A DNA stretch of 64,000 nt, taken from the NCBI GenBank assembly GCA_964252075.1, contig CAXULY010000001.1:32001-96000 (forward strand). The letters run 5' to 3'. A program made the position numbers and the translations under genes. Of this stretch, positions 21,401-30,033 are shown one piece after another (the first letter of the stretch is position 1; each line of letters opens with the position of its first letter). Source of the DNA: an uncultured Deinococcaceae bacterium. GTDB taxonomy: Bacteria; Deinococcota; Deinococci; Deinococcales; Deinococcaceae. The notes below the pieces were generated by a model. It had not been told where the DNA came from and searched no databases. It saw only the letters and a list, made by a program, of their open reading frames with translations.

Positions 21401-22928
21401 TCATGCCGGGGTTCAGCTGCACCTCGTGGAAGAGGTTCTGCACCCACTCGGCGGGCACGCCGTCCACCTCCAGCCGGAAGTGATCCACGGTGCGCCCGGT
21501 GTTCGCGAGCTGCACCTTCAGCAGGCGCGCCTCGCCGGGCTTCAGGGTGATGTCGTTGTCCTCGACGAGCACCCCGATGCGCGACTGCTGCACCACCCGC
21601 TGCGGTGGCTGCAGGCGCAGCCAGAAGGGCTCCACGCGCAGCACGCCGCCGCCTGGCCAGGGGGCGCGCGTGCGCGGTTCGAGCGGCACGCCGTTCAGGC
21701 TGGTGCCGTTCACGGTGTCGAGGTCCTGCACGAACACCGCGCCCTGCTCCACCTCGATGTTCAGGTGGTGGCGGGACACACCCGCGTGCTCCAGCACCAG
21801 GGTGTTGCCGGGCGCCCGCCCGAGCGTGATGGTGCCCTCGCGCAGCGGCTCCACCCGGATGAGGCGCCCGTCCGGCCCGCAGATCTGCACGCGCGGGAAG
21901 GTCGTGCGGTCCCGCAGCGGCTCGATGGGCGGGATGGGCGGCTCGGGGATGTCCGGCAGCACCACCGTGGGGTTCGGGCCCTGCGGCATGAGGCGCGACA
22001 GCACGCCCTGCAGCGCGGACTCCAGTTCGCGCGCGTCGCGGAAGCGGTACTCGGGCGCCTTCGCGAGGCAGCTCAACACGATCTCCTCGAGGTCCTGCGG
22101 GATGTCCACGCGGATCTGCCCGGGCGGGATGGGCGCCACGTGCTGGTGCTTCTCGATGGCGTCCGCGAGGTCGCGCGTCTCGAACGGCACCATGTTCGTG
22201 AGGAGTTCGTACAGGATCACGCCGAGCGCGTAGATGTCGCTGCGCACCTCGCTGCGCACGCCGCGGCACTGCTCGGGCGACATGTACGCGGGCGTCGTGA
22301 CGATCAGGCGGTCGTGCGTGCCATACGTGAAGGCCTGCAGTTCACCCACCCCGAAGTCCGCGACCTGCACGCGGTACGCCTGGCGGCCCAGGATGGCGCG
22401 CGCGGGTTGCAGCAGCAGGTTCTCGGGCTTCAGGTTGCCGTGCATGAGGTTCGCGTCGTGCGCGTACGCGAGCGCGCCCGCCACCTGCCGCGCGAGGTCC
22501 ACGGCGATCAGGAGGTCCACGAACTGCCCCTCGCGCGTGTGCTGCTGCAGGTAATGCCGCGCGGAGCCGCTCTGCGCGAGGGTCATGGTGTAGTGCGCCT
22601 TGTGCTCGCGCTCCACGAGCTCCCCGACGGGCAGGATGTTGCCGTGCGCGAGGCGCCGCCACTTCTCGAAGAGGCGCCGGAACTGCACCATCACCTGCGG
22701 CTGCGCGACGAGTTCGGGGTTCATGACGCGCAGGGCGCCCACCTGCGCCGCGTCGAGGTTCTGCGCGGCGTACACCGTGCCGAGCCACCCCTGCCCGAGC
22801 GTGCGCAGCAGCCGGAAGCCCTCGTACAGGGTGCTGCCGCCGGGCCGGTTGCCGCCCGGCGTGGGGGTGTCGGTGGTCGTGTCGTCCGGGGTGGGCCGCC
22901 CGCCCCGTTCATTCGACGTGTCGGTCAT
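18462..22928 (-). CDS. Hanks-type pseudokinase-FHA-Ig (COG1470/CisA-like)-TM-extracellular Ig-repeat protein
   Basis: LGQGWLG, HGNLKPEN, ADFG, YMSPE, SDIYALG; FHA (LGRAPGN...VSRHH...NGT); NTGRTVDHF module; TM LWALPILAILVIGIVWWLL; seven ~80-aa repeats with P/T/A linkers. Confidence 0.88.
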   Translation of the reverse strand: MTDTSNERGGRPTPDDTTTDTPTPGGNRPGGSTLYEGFRLLRTLGQGWLGTVYAAQNLDAAQVGALRVMNPELVAQPQVMVQFRRLFEKWRRLAHGNILPVGELVEREHKAHYTMTLAQSGSARHYLQQHTREGQFVDLLIAVDLARQVAGALAYAHDANLMHGNLKPENLLLQPARAILGRQAYRVQVADFGVGELQAFTYGTHDRLIVTTPAYMSPEQCRGVRSEVRSDIYALGVILYELLTNMVPFETRDLADAIEKHQHVAPIPPGQIRVDIPQDLEEIVLSCLAKAPEYRFRDARELESALQGVLSRLMPQGPNPTVVLPDIPEPPIPPIEPLRDRTTFPRVQICGPDGRLIRVEPLREGTITLGRAPGNTLVLEHAGVSRHHLNIEVEQGAVFVQDLDTVNGTSLNGVPLEPRTRAPWPGGGVLRVEPFWLRLQPPQRVVQQSRIGVLVEDNDITLKPGEARLLKVQLANTGRTVDHFRLEVDGVPAEWVQNLFHEVQLNPGMTAETTLRVLVPRESQHHAGVYEMKVVARSRENPTEFGFVPMTWTVTEFLNTTVEVSPKRRSAWRRTHYTFKLRNDSNVPITYNPTVKDDEGGVFLQSPWSQINIPASGNLHNIIPVRTIIYNYYMRLREGIGKVRVSEFQRDIVLQPGESYESRMNVRLPIRWIGSPRPRHLHVVAENDRGPGAPANVNLLHLPLMPLWALPILAILVIGIVWWLLQAPTIVTASVTPQNPPVGKPFTLNFETRNTVSVLVKPWNKRVGGGVKKLIIPQGITAPTDVQVIAYGRVKTAQTLMTITPQVPAPVVKSFSVDPQNITSGQTATLRWNVANVKEVTIDPIGTQPAKGELRQKITQDTTFTLRADSGGQAVQKSASVKLLAPGIDLFEVTPAQAAPGQTVTVRWRVRNADSVNLQPIGSVPAQGQQQVKVTGDTTYTLTANVGTQNVTQTASVRLLAPVVELFKVSPENAQVGDPITLSWKVANASSVTIDPIGTVPAQGTRQLTAQQGVVYKLSATNGQQQVETSGAANVSAIPPKVTGFKVTPRKPRTGESVTLSWQTQNATSVTLDGLNGTQSVPNSGSMTVTAPAQNTQLTLTARNAEGTQDAQSATLLVLPPAPAQPAPQPTPAPTPAPKVAQVQPKPAPTPAPAPTPAPVVVQPKPKPKPIPPAPAQVVAFSVSPAQITAGQRVVLRWNVRGAQRVKIFPMNRVYPAQGMTAIAIKKNTVFTVQSVGSGAPAKSSQRVSVLANPSMPPALPPKTAQATPTPAPAPTPAPAPAPEPAPAPAPEPERPTVTPTITSFTASDASVPKNSRVTLTWSVEGAVRVSLSGLGSVEPQGSATRRVTRDADYVLTAIGGGQRVQQTVHVAVSAPTQAASGAEQLSGTWLHPFGRLKLNVKGNEVTGTFVNDRTGDQGKLRGRISGTSGNYNLSANVTVPNKPGEDITFVVAFNDAMNGFYGPYSTRGDRERWCGWREGAPQPSQCQ

Positions 22929-23809
22929 ACGAACCTCACCTCATACTGCACGTGCGCGGGGACGTGCTGCGACACCAGCCGCTGCACGCCCGCGCGCGTC
23001 ATGTCCTCGCCGTCCTCGCCGGGGTCCGGGAGGACCACCGTGAGCGTGAAGGGCCTGCGCGGGTCCTCGATGATCTGCGGCGTGACGCCGCACCCGATCT
23101 CCAGGGCGCGCATCAGGCCGTAGCGGGTGCCGCGCCAGCGCACGAGGTGCATGGCGTCTTTCAGCCACGCGCGCTTGCGGCCCTCCGGCCAGTGCGGGTC
23201 CACCTCCAGCCCGATCCACGCCGCGAACCAGTCCAGCATGCGCTCGGGCGCGGTGGAGGGCGCGAAGTACATGTCGAGGTGGTCCTGGCGGTGCTGCAGC
23301 GGCTCCCAGATGCTCTCGAAGATCATGAGGTAGCGGCCCACGAACTCGGACTCCGTGAACATCGCGGGGAGGTAATCCATGTACGCGCTCGCGCGGCCCT
23401 GCGCGGGCGTGATGGGCAGCGTGGGACGCGCGGGCGTGATGGGCAGCGGCCGGAACTCGATGGGGGTGGGGAGCGCGTCGGGGTGCTCGGGCGGCTCGGG
23501 CGCCTCCTCACCCGGCAGGTACGCCAGCACGTACGGCCCGATCTGCACGATCACGCCCTCGTCCAGCACCATCGGCTGGTGCGGCGTGAGGCGGCGGCCC
23601 GCGAGGTACGTCTCGCCGTTCCCGAGGTCCGTGATCACGAACTGCGCGTCCAGGCGCCGCACCTCCGCGTGCCGGATGGCGATGCTGGGGTGCGGCAGCG
23701 ACAGGCCGTTGTCGGGCGTCCGCCCGATGGAGAGCAGGTTCATGTCCAGGCTGAGCATCTTGACGGTCTCACCCTGGAGCTGCACGAAGAGCTGGTCGGC
23801 CACCCTCAC
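22925..23809 (-). CDS. FHA domain fused to phage P2 gpI-like baseplate wedge protein
   Basis: N-terminal LSIGRTPDN...HAEV...ITDLG; C-terminal YLPAMF...FVGRYLMIFE...TAPERMLDWFAAWIG...RWRGTRYGL...PAH. Overlaps both neighbours. Confidence 0.88.
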   Translation of the reverse strand: MRVADQLFVQLQGETVKMLSLDMNLLSIGRTPDNGLSLPHPSIAIRHAEVRRLDAQFVITDLGNGETYLAGRRLTPHQPMVLDEGVIVQIGPYVLAYLPGEEAPEPPEHPDALPTPIEFRPLPITPARPTLPITPAQGRASAYMDYLPAMFTESEFVGRYLMIFESIWEPLQHRQDHLDMYFAPSTAPERMLDWFAAWIGLEVDPHWPEGRKRAWLKDAMHLVRWRGTRYGLMRALEIGCGVTPQIIEDPRRPFTLTVVLPDPGEDGEDMTRAGVQRLVSQHVPAHVQYEVRFV

Positions 23810-25821
23810 TCCACCGTGATGGTGTGCACGTCGGACACCACCAGGCCCTGCGGGGGGAGGAGCAGCTGCGCGCTGATCGGCTCGCGCGTCTCCATCTGGC
23901 CGGGCTCACTCAGAAACACCTGCACGTCCTCCACGAAGTCCACGCCCGGCACGGTGCGCAGCAGGCTGTACAGCTCCGCGAGGTGCAGGGGCCGCCCGAA
24001 CTCCCAGCCCTGGCGGTTCGCGCCGCCCGTGTGCGGGTTCAGGTAGCGGTACAGCAGCGACTCCGCGGCGCGTTGCACGTCCACCCGGAAGGGCCGCGTG
24101 CTGCCCACCGGGACGCGCAGCTGCGCGTGCACGCTCACCCAGAAGAACTGCGGGCTGCGCACCTCCAGGGTGGTGCCCACCATGCGGCGCTCGTCAAGGT
24201 GCGTCTGCACGCTGGAGCGCAGCTCCGCACTGAGCGTCAGCTGGTCCGGCGCGATGCGGCCGGGCCGCACCTCGATGGCCGGAAGCACCACCATCGTGAC
24301 CTGACCGGGCTGCACGTCCAGCGCGCGGATCTGACCGGGGAAGAACATCTCGGCGGCGCCGCCCGCGAGGTTCGGGGTGATGCAGCGCGAGCGCGCCACG
24401 CCCTCCACCTGCGCGGCGAGGAACTCGTAATCGTCGGCGGTGACGGCGCGCGTGCGGGTGCGCAGCACGTGTGGGACGCGCACCACGGCGTCCTCCAGGG
24501 TTTGCGCGTTGCGGCCCCCCACGGCGGGCGCGTGGTTCGTGACGCGCGCGACGTACGGGATGCTGGCCTTCATGACGGTGATGGTGTGCGCGGGGACGTT
24601 GCCCTGCACGCCGCCGCCGTGGCAGTAGCGCAGCATGCGGAGCGTCGCGCCCTTGGGCGGCACGCCGCCGAAGCGGTACACCGTGCCGTCCGGCTGCAGC
24701 AGCGCCGGGCCGAAGGTCACGGTGCCGTCAATGTGGTCCAGCCTGAAGTTCAGGTCGCCGGGGCCGCTCTCCGCGAAGTCCTGCACGTAGCGCCACGCGC
24801 TGGTCGGCTCGCCCGTCTGCTCGCACACGATGGCGTCGCCGTCCTCCAGCCACAGCACGGGGCTGTTCAGCAGCTTGAAGCTCTGGCCGGGCGTGCCGTC
24901 GCTGCGCCCCAGCACCTCGCCGCGCACCACGACCGCGTGGCGCGCCGTCACCGACCCGCCGCGCGACTCCACCCGCAGGGACTCGATGTCCGGGGAGACC
25001 TTGTAGCCCGCGTAATTCTGCTCGCTCGTGATGCGGCAGCGCAGCCAGTACCCGCGCTGCCCGAAGAACTCCTCTTCGGCCATGGCGGGCACCCGCAGGA
25101 TGATCTCGCCGGACACGTTGAAGGCGAGCGTGCCGTCGTACTCGACGGTGCAGGTCGCCCAGCGGTTCAGGCTGCCCTGCCACACCTCCCACACGAAGGG
25201 CGGTTCCTTGGGGTTCACGCCCGCACCGCCCGCCACCTCGCACGCCAGCATGAGCGCCATCACGTGCGCGCTGTGGTCATGCTCGAAGCACAGGTAGAAG
25301 GCGTCGCCCGCGACGGGCTCCGGGGAGAACACCGCGATCTTATGCCCCAGCACGCCCAGGCGCTCCAGGTCGTGCTGCACCACCTCGCCCGCGCCGAGCG
25401 CGTTGCCGGTGAAGGCGCCGCGCAGGTGCGGCGGCGAGATGGTCAGGTCCGCTTCCGTGGAGAACACGATGGCCTCACTGACCTCCGTGCGGACCGTCGC
25501 GACCTCCGTGCCCTCGTTGATGGTGATGGGTTCCGCCTGCGCCGCGGAGAGGTAGAAGGTGATGGGCGCGACCGCCGCGCGCGGCGGGTCGAGGTCCACG
25601 CCGATCATCTCCAGGAACTTCACGAACATCTTCTCCGGCACCTGGTTCACGCGGAAGAGCAGCAGGTCGGTCATCCACGCGAAGACCTCCAGCAGCGCGA
25701 TGCCGGGGTCGCTGGTGTTGTGGTCCGTCCACTCGGGGCAGTACTGCGGGATCAGCTGGCGCGCCTGCGCGACGATGTCGTCGAAGCGGCGGTCGTCGAG
25801 GTTGACGGTCGGGAGCGGCAT
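23806..25821 (-). CDS. Baseplate J-like assembly protein (Afp11 equivalent)
   Basis: MPLPTVNLDDRRFDD...CPEWTDHNTSDPGIALLE, GRSDGTPGQ, GGVQGNV and RAVTADDYE. Confidence 0.93.
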   Translation of the reverse strand: MPLPTVNLDDRRFDDIVAQARQLIPQYCPEWTDHNTSDPGIALLEVFAWMTDLLLFRVNQVPEKMFVKFLEMIGVDLDPPRAAVAPITFYLSAAQAEPITINEGTEVATVRTEVSEAIVFSTEADLTISPPHLRGAFTGNALGAGEVVQHDLERLGVLGHKIAVFSPEPVAGDAFYLCFEHDHSAHVMALMLACEVAGGAGVNPKEPPFVWEVWQGSLNRWATCTVEYDGTLAFNVSGEIILRVPAMAEEEFFGQRGYWLRCRITSEQNYAGYKVSPDIESLRVESRGGSVTARHAVVVRGEVLGRSDGTPGQSFKLLNSPVLWLEDGDAIVCEQTGEPTSAWRYVQDFAESGPGDLNFRLDHIDGTVTFGPALLQPDGTVYRFGGVPPKGATLRMLRYCHGGGVQGNVPAHTITVMKASIPYVARVTNHAPAVGGRNAQTLEDAVVRVPHVLRTRTRAVTADDYEFLAAQVEGVARSRCITPNLAGGAAEMFFPGQIRALDVQPGQVTMVVLPAIEVRPGRIAPDQLTLSAELRSSVQTHLDERRMVGTTLEVRSPQFFWVSVHAQLRVPVGSTRPFRVDVQRAAESLLYRYLNPHTGGANRQGWEFGRPLHLAELYSLLRTVPGVDFVEDVQVFLSEPGQMETREPISAQLLLPPQGLVVSDVHTITVE

Positions 25822-25826
25822 GGGTC

Positions 25827-26246
25827 TTACCTCAGGGTGCCCGTCTCGACGGGCAGGCGGTAGAAGGGAAAGACCAGGGACTGCTCCACGTGGGTCTCCC
25901 GGATGCGGTAATCGATGCTGATCATGATGCGCTCGGGGTACGCGTCGTCGATGTTGGCGTCCACCTGCCGCACCTCGATGCGCGGCTCCCACGTGCGCAG
26001 CGCCTCATCCACGTAGTACGAGGCGAGGCCCAGGGTGGTCGCGTCGCTCGGCGCGAACATCAGTTCGTGAATCTGGCAGCCGTACTCGGGGCGCATCACG
26101 CGCTGCCCTTTGGGCGTCATGAGGATCATCAGGATGGACTGCTCGACGGCGCGCACGCCGCTCACCAGCGCCACGCGCCCGCGCGCGTTGGTGCTGACGG
26201 GAAAGGCCCAGCCGGTGCCAAGGTGGTCGCTCACATCTTCTCCCAT
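25827..26246 (-). CDS. gp25/GPW baseplate protein (Afp9 equivalent)
   Basis: LGTGWAFP...ILMTPKGQRVMRPEYGC...WEPRI...LVFPFY. The start may be GTG at 26234. Confidence 0.93.
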   Translation of the reverse strand: MGEDVSDHLGTGWAFPVSTNARGRVALVSGVRAVEQSILMILMTPKGQRVMRPEYGCQIHELMFAPSDATTLGLASYYVDEALRTWEPRIEVRQVDANIDDAYPERIMISIDYRIRETHVEQSLVFPFYRLPVETGTLR

Positions 26247-26395
26247 GCGGCGCGGCGCGCCCGAAGTGCATTCCTAGAGTGGATGGTCCTGAAAGATGTG
26301 TTCCGGGTAAGTGCGGCAGGAAGTCCGTTCAATGTAGCGGCTGAGCCTGTGCCCTGTGTGTGGAGCGCAACACGCCCCTGAGGGCCGGCCCACAC

Positions 26396-28450
26396 TCACG
26401 CGCGCCCCCAGCCGTCGAAGCTGCGGTCGTTCAGGGTGAGCCGCCCGAGCTTGCGCCATTCCGCCGTGATGGCGCCCTGCAGCATCTCCATGCTGAGGCG
26501 CTCCCCGCGCGCCGCCGCCATGAACGCCGCCGTGAGCGCCACGCTGCGGATGTTGCCGCCCGCCAGCTTCACCTGCGCGAGCTGGTCGAAATCCACGCCC
26601 GACAGGTCCATCTGCGGGGGGAAGGCGCGCAGCCAGATGCGCTTGCGTTCCGGCGCCTCGGGCGGGCGGAAGTTCAGCACGAAGCGGATGCGGCGCATGA
26701 ACGCCACGTCCATGCTGCTCTCCAGGTTCGTGGTGAGAACCGCGAGGCCCGAGTAACTTTCCATGCGCTGCAGGAGGTAATTCACCTGGATGTTCGCGTA
26801 GCGGTCGTGCGCGTCTTTCACGTCGCCGCGCTTCCCGAACAGCGAGTCCGCCTCGTCGAACAGCAGGATCACGCCGCCGTCATCCGCCGCGTCAAAGATC
26901 TTCTTGAGGTTCTTCTCGGTCTCGCCGATGTACTTGCTGACCATGCTGGAGAGGTCAATGCGGTACAGGTCCAGTTTCAGCGCGGACGCGATCACTTCCG
27001 CCGCGAGGGTCTTGCCGGTGCCGCTCGGCCCGGAGAACAGGGCGCTGATGCCCAGCCCGCGCGCGTTCCGGCCCATGCCCCAGGCCTCGTACACCTGCGC
27101 GCGGTGCCGCACCTGCTCCACCACCTGCTGAATGAGCGCGAGGTCGCCTGGCGGCAGGATCAGGTCGTCCCACGTGACGTTCCCCGCGAGGCGCTCCGCG
27201 AGCCGCCCGACCTTCTGACGCCCCGCGAGGCGGCACGCCTCCCACGCGGCCTCCAGCTTCGCGCCGTCCACGGCGCCGCTCTGCCCGTGCTTTACGCCCT
27301 GTGCGAGGCTCCCGATGGCGCTGGCGTTCAGGTCGAACTGGTCGGTGAGCTGCGCGAGTTCCGGCGCGCCGTCCGTCGTGAGGCCGAGCGCCTGCACCCA
27401 CAGCTGGCGCTGCTCGGGCCGCGTGGGTTTCTGCACCTCCACTGCCAGCACCGGGCGCTGGCCGGGCAGCACCAGCGGCTCCTCAACCAGCAGCACCAGG
27501 GGGCCCTGCAACTGCGCCACCACCGACGCCAGCAGCTTCTCGAGTTTCGCGGTCGGCCAGCGCTCGGGGTTAACGTCCAGGTCGCCCAGGCGCGCCTCCA
27601 GAATCACGGAGAGGCCGTGCAGCTGCGTCTCGCGCGCCCACAGCGTGAGGTCGCGCGAGACGGGCGCGTCGTCTTCCAGGAACGCCGCGAAGTTCAGGTG
27701 CAGCATGGGGCGCCCCAGGTGCGGCAGCAGCGCGTGCGCGACCTCCGCCTGCCCGCGCGCGTCCCGTCCGTGCAGCTGCACGATGGCGCGCGGGTCCTGC
27801 TGCAGGTGCCCGAGCGCCTCCAGCGCCCGCTCGCGTTGCGTGTCCGAGAGCAGCACGCGGTCCACGCCGCTGCCCAGGTAGCGCGCGAGGCGCGGGTTCA
27901 GGCGGTCGTCCCCGAAGATGAACGCCAGGATGGACGGGTCGAGCGTGAGGGCCGCGAGGCTGTGCCCGTCGCGGCCCTCGCGGCGCTGCATGAGCTGCCA
28001 GCGCAGCAGCGGCGCGTCGTCCGTGAGGGCGCGCGGGTCGCCGTCGAACCAGGACAGCGCGAGGTGGCGCGTCACGGCGCCCGACTCCGCGACGTCCGGC
28101 GCGTCGTGGAAGGCCGCCGCGAGGCGCCGCAGGCGCAGCGGGTGCGCCTCCGCGATCAGGCCCAGCATCAGCACCGCGCGCTCGAAGGCGGTCAGGGCGA
28201 AGGTCTGCGCGAGGACCGAGAAGCGCGACTGCCCGTCATCGAGGGGGTTGTGCAGGCCGCCGTCGCTGCTGCGGCCCTCCAGCCGTGCCTCCAGGCGCTC
28301 CAGGAAGGCCAGCAGCGCGTCCGACACGCCCGCCGCGTCCCAGCTGGGTGGGGGTGCGGGTGTCGCTTCACGCTTCGCGCCCGTCCGGCTGGGCGAGCGG
28401 GTGTTCGGCTTGGCGTCCGGGGTGGTGGAGTTCGCGGCGGCTCTGGGCAT
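26396..28450 (-). CDS. CIS AAA+ ATPase (Afp15/Pvc15 equivalent)
   Basis: TWDDLILP, Walker A GPSGTGKT, VSKYIGETEKNL, Walker B LLFDEADSLFGKR, DRYAN..VNYLLQRME. Confidence 0.93.
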   Translation of the reverse strand: MPRAAANSTTPDAKPNTRSPSRTGAKREATPAPPPSWDAAGVSDALLAFLERLEARLEGRSSDGGLHNPLDDGQSRFSVLAQTFALTAFERAVLMLGLIAEAHPLRLRRLAAAFHDAPDVAESGAVTRHLALSWFDGDPRALTDDAPLLRWQLMQRREGRDGHSLAALTLDPSILAFIFGDDRLNPRLARYLGSGVDRVLLSDTQRERALEALGHLQQDPRAIVQLHGRDARGQAEVAHALLPHLGRPMLHLNFAAFLEDDAPVSRDLTLWARETQLHGLSVILEARLGDLDVNPERWPTAKLEKLLASVVAQLQGPLVLLVEEPLVLPGQRPVLAVEVQKPTRPEQRQLWVQALGLTTDGAPELAQLTDQFDLNASAIGSLAQGVKHGQSGAVDGAKLEAAWEACRLAGRQKVGRLAERLAGNVTWDDLILPPGDLALIQQVVEQVRHRAQVYEAWGMGRNARGLGISALFSGPSGTGKTLAAEVIASALKLDLYRIDLSSMVSKYIGETEKNLKKIFDAADDGGVILLFDEADSLFGKRGDVKDAHDRYANIQVNYLLQRMESYSGLAVLTTNLESSMDVAFMRRIRFVLNFRPPEAPERKRIWLRAFPPQMDLSGVDFDQLAQVKLAGGNIRSVALTAAFMAAARGERLSMEMLQGAITAEWRKLGRLTLNDRSFDGWGRA

Positions 28451-28480
28451 GGGGCACCTGCATTCGGGGTGAGGCGGAGG

Positions 28481-29305
28481 TCAGCGCAGCGTGACCAGCG
28501 GGGTGCCGGGCGTGGTGTTCACGAGCGTCCATTCGTCGCGGCCCGGCGCGCGCACCAGCAGCTGACGCACCTGGCTGTGCGCCTGGTCTAGGTAGAACGC
28601 GCCGCCCTCCTGGCTGACGCTCAGGCCCGCGCGGTCCGGGAGGCGCACGTCCGCGCCGATGATGGGCTGCCCATCCGGGTCCAGCAGGCGCCACGCCGTG
28701 CGCCGGAAGCCGGTGGCGACGTCGTCGTCCCCAATCTGCCGGAAGCGCACGCTCTGGTCCAGCACCAGGGGCCGCAGGTACTCGATGTTCAGGTCGAGCG
28801 GCACGGTCAGCACGTAATGCAGGCCGGGGCGGGGCGCGGCACCCAGGTTCCCCCAGATGTCGCTGGGGCGGGGCGCGCCCTCCGGGTAGCACGCGACGCC
28901 CTGAATGGGGGTGTCGAGTTCGCGCGCCTCGGGCGGCAGGTAGGCGTCCGGCCAGTCGCTGTTGCGCATGAGGGTGGCGAGCACCCGCCACAGCACCAGC
29001 CACTCTTGCTCGTCCAGTTCGTTCAGTTGCGACTTGAAGAACACGTTGATGACGTACTTCAGGTCAATGCGCCGGGGCCGCAGGCGCTGCACCTCGCGCA
29101 GGTCGCCACGGCGCGTCTCGAACTCACTCATGCGCAGGCGCAGGTTCTCGGAGATGTCGTACAGGTAGAAGTTCAGGGTGGGGCGGTTCACGGAGGACGC
29201 CCACTCGCGCGTGGGCACCGCGAAGCTGATGTCCAGCTCGTCCTCGGGGAGCTGGCCGTCGCGGTACAGCAGCTGCTTCAGGGCCTCGTGCAGGGAACCG
29301 ATCAC
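28481..29305 (-). CDS. DUF4255 / Afp16-Pvc16 cap protein with C-terminal extension
   Basis: DISFAVPTREW...PTLNFYLYDISENLRLR...DIWGNLG..PRPGLHYVLTVP, plus a beta-rich tail (LLDPDGQPIIGADV). GTG at 29305 follows the PAAR stop. Confidence 0.85.
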   Translation of the reverse strand: MIGSLHEALKQLLYRDGQLPEDELDISFAVPTREWASSVNRPTLNFYLYDISENLRLRMSEFETRRGDLREVQRLRPRRIDLKYVINVFFKSQLNELDEQEWLVLWRVLATLMRNSDWPDAYLPPEARELDTPIQGVACYPEGAPRPSDIWGNLGAAPRPGLHYVLTVPLDLNIEYLRPLVLDQSVRFRQIGDDDVATGFRRTAWRLLDPDGQPIIGADVRLPDRAGLSVSQEGGAFYLDQAHSQVRQLLVRAPGRDEWTLVNTTPGTPLVTLR

Positions 29306-29307
29306 GG

Positions 29308-29580
29308 CTAGCCGATCACCACGGTGGCTTGGGTGGCGATAAGGATAGCGCCGCACGCGAGCGTGTCGCCCTGCCGCGCGGCGGGCAGGCCCTCAATGAG
29401 CACCGTGGCGGATCCCGTGGCGATCACCTGGGGGCCGTGACCGGCGGCGGGCGGCGGTTCGCTGTGCGCGTCACTCACGCGGGCGGCGGGCAACCCGGCG
29501 ATGGTGACGGTGGTCGCGCCGCTCGTCACCACGCCAGCATGAGCGCCGGGATCACCGACGCGGATGGCAGGTCCGGACAT
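29308..29580 (-). CDS. PAAR spike-tip protein
   Basis: PAIRVGD, PAARVSD and PAARQGD repeats with His/His/His/Cys candidate Zn ligands. Confidence 0.93.
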   Translation of the reverse strand: MSGPAIRVGDPGAHAGVVTSGATTVTIAGLPAARVSDAHSEPPPAAGHGPQVIATGSATVLIEGLPAARQGDTLACGAILIATQATVVIG

Positions 29581-29885
29581 GCCGTCACTCTGGCGCACCA
29601 AGGCGGGTCGCGCAAGTCCGTCTGCGCAGCGGCCTCACCGCAGTCCTTATGGCTTTCGCCGGGCGTTCGCAGGCGGTCTCATCTTCCCGTTAAGCCTCCC
29701 GCGCGAAAGCCGCTCCACTCATTTTTGGGGGCCCGCACCGGCCCCCCATGAATGCCCGCTGAAGTCGCACTTCAGGGCCAGCCGCCGCGATCATTCAATA
29801 TGAAACAGTCGCACACGTCATTCATTTAAGCTCATGAGCCTCAAATTTGATTGAAATGAACCATGTATTTGAAAACTGGGGCTGA

Positions 29886-29914
29886 TTGACGCCTGACGCA
29901 CCGCCCGCTAGTGT
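29886..29914 (+). promoter_or_regulatory. Sigma70-type promoter of the sheath operon
   Basis: TTGACG, 17-nt spacer, TAGTGT; about 120 nt upstream of the sheath ATG. Confidence 0.65.
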
Positions 29915-30033
29915 CGGCATAAGCGCAGCGTGAATGACAAGCAAACGAAGGCTTCAGGTGCGCCGTACACCCCCAACCCGCCCTCGTCCTCCCGTCACCG
30001 ATTCACATCCAGCCCCAGACAAGGTGGTCCTGC

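Noticed and set aside
26247..26395. Internal promoter (TACATT on minus, ~26331-26336) for the baseplate genes
   Set aside because: No supporting -35 or extended -10 seen; too weak to call.
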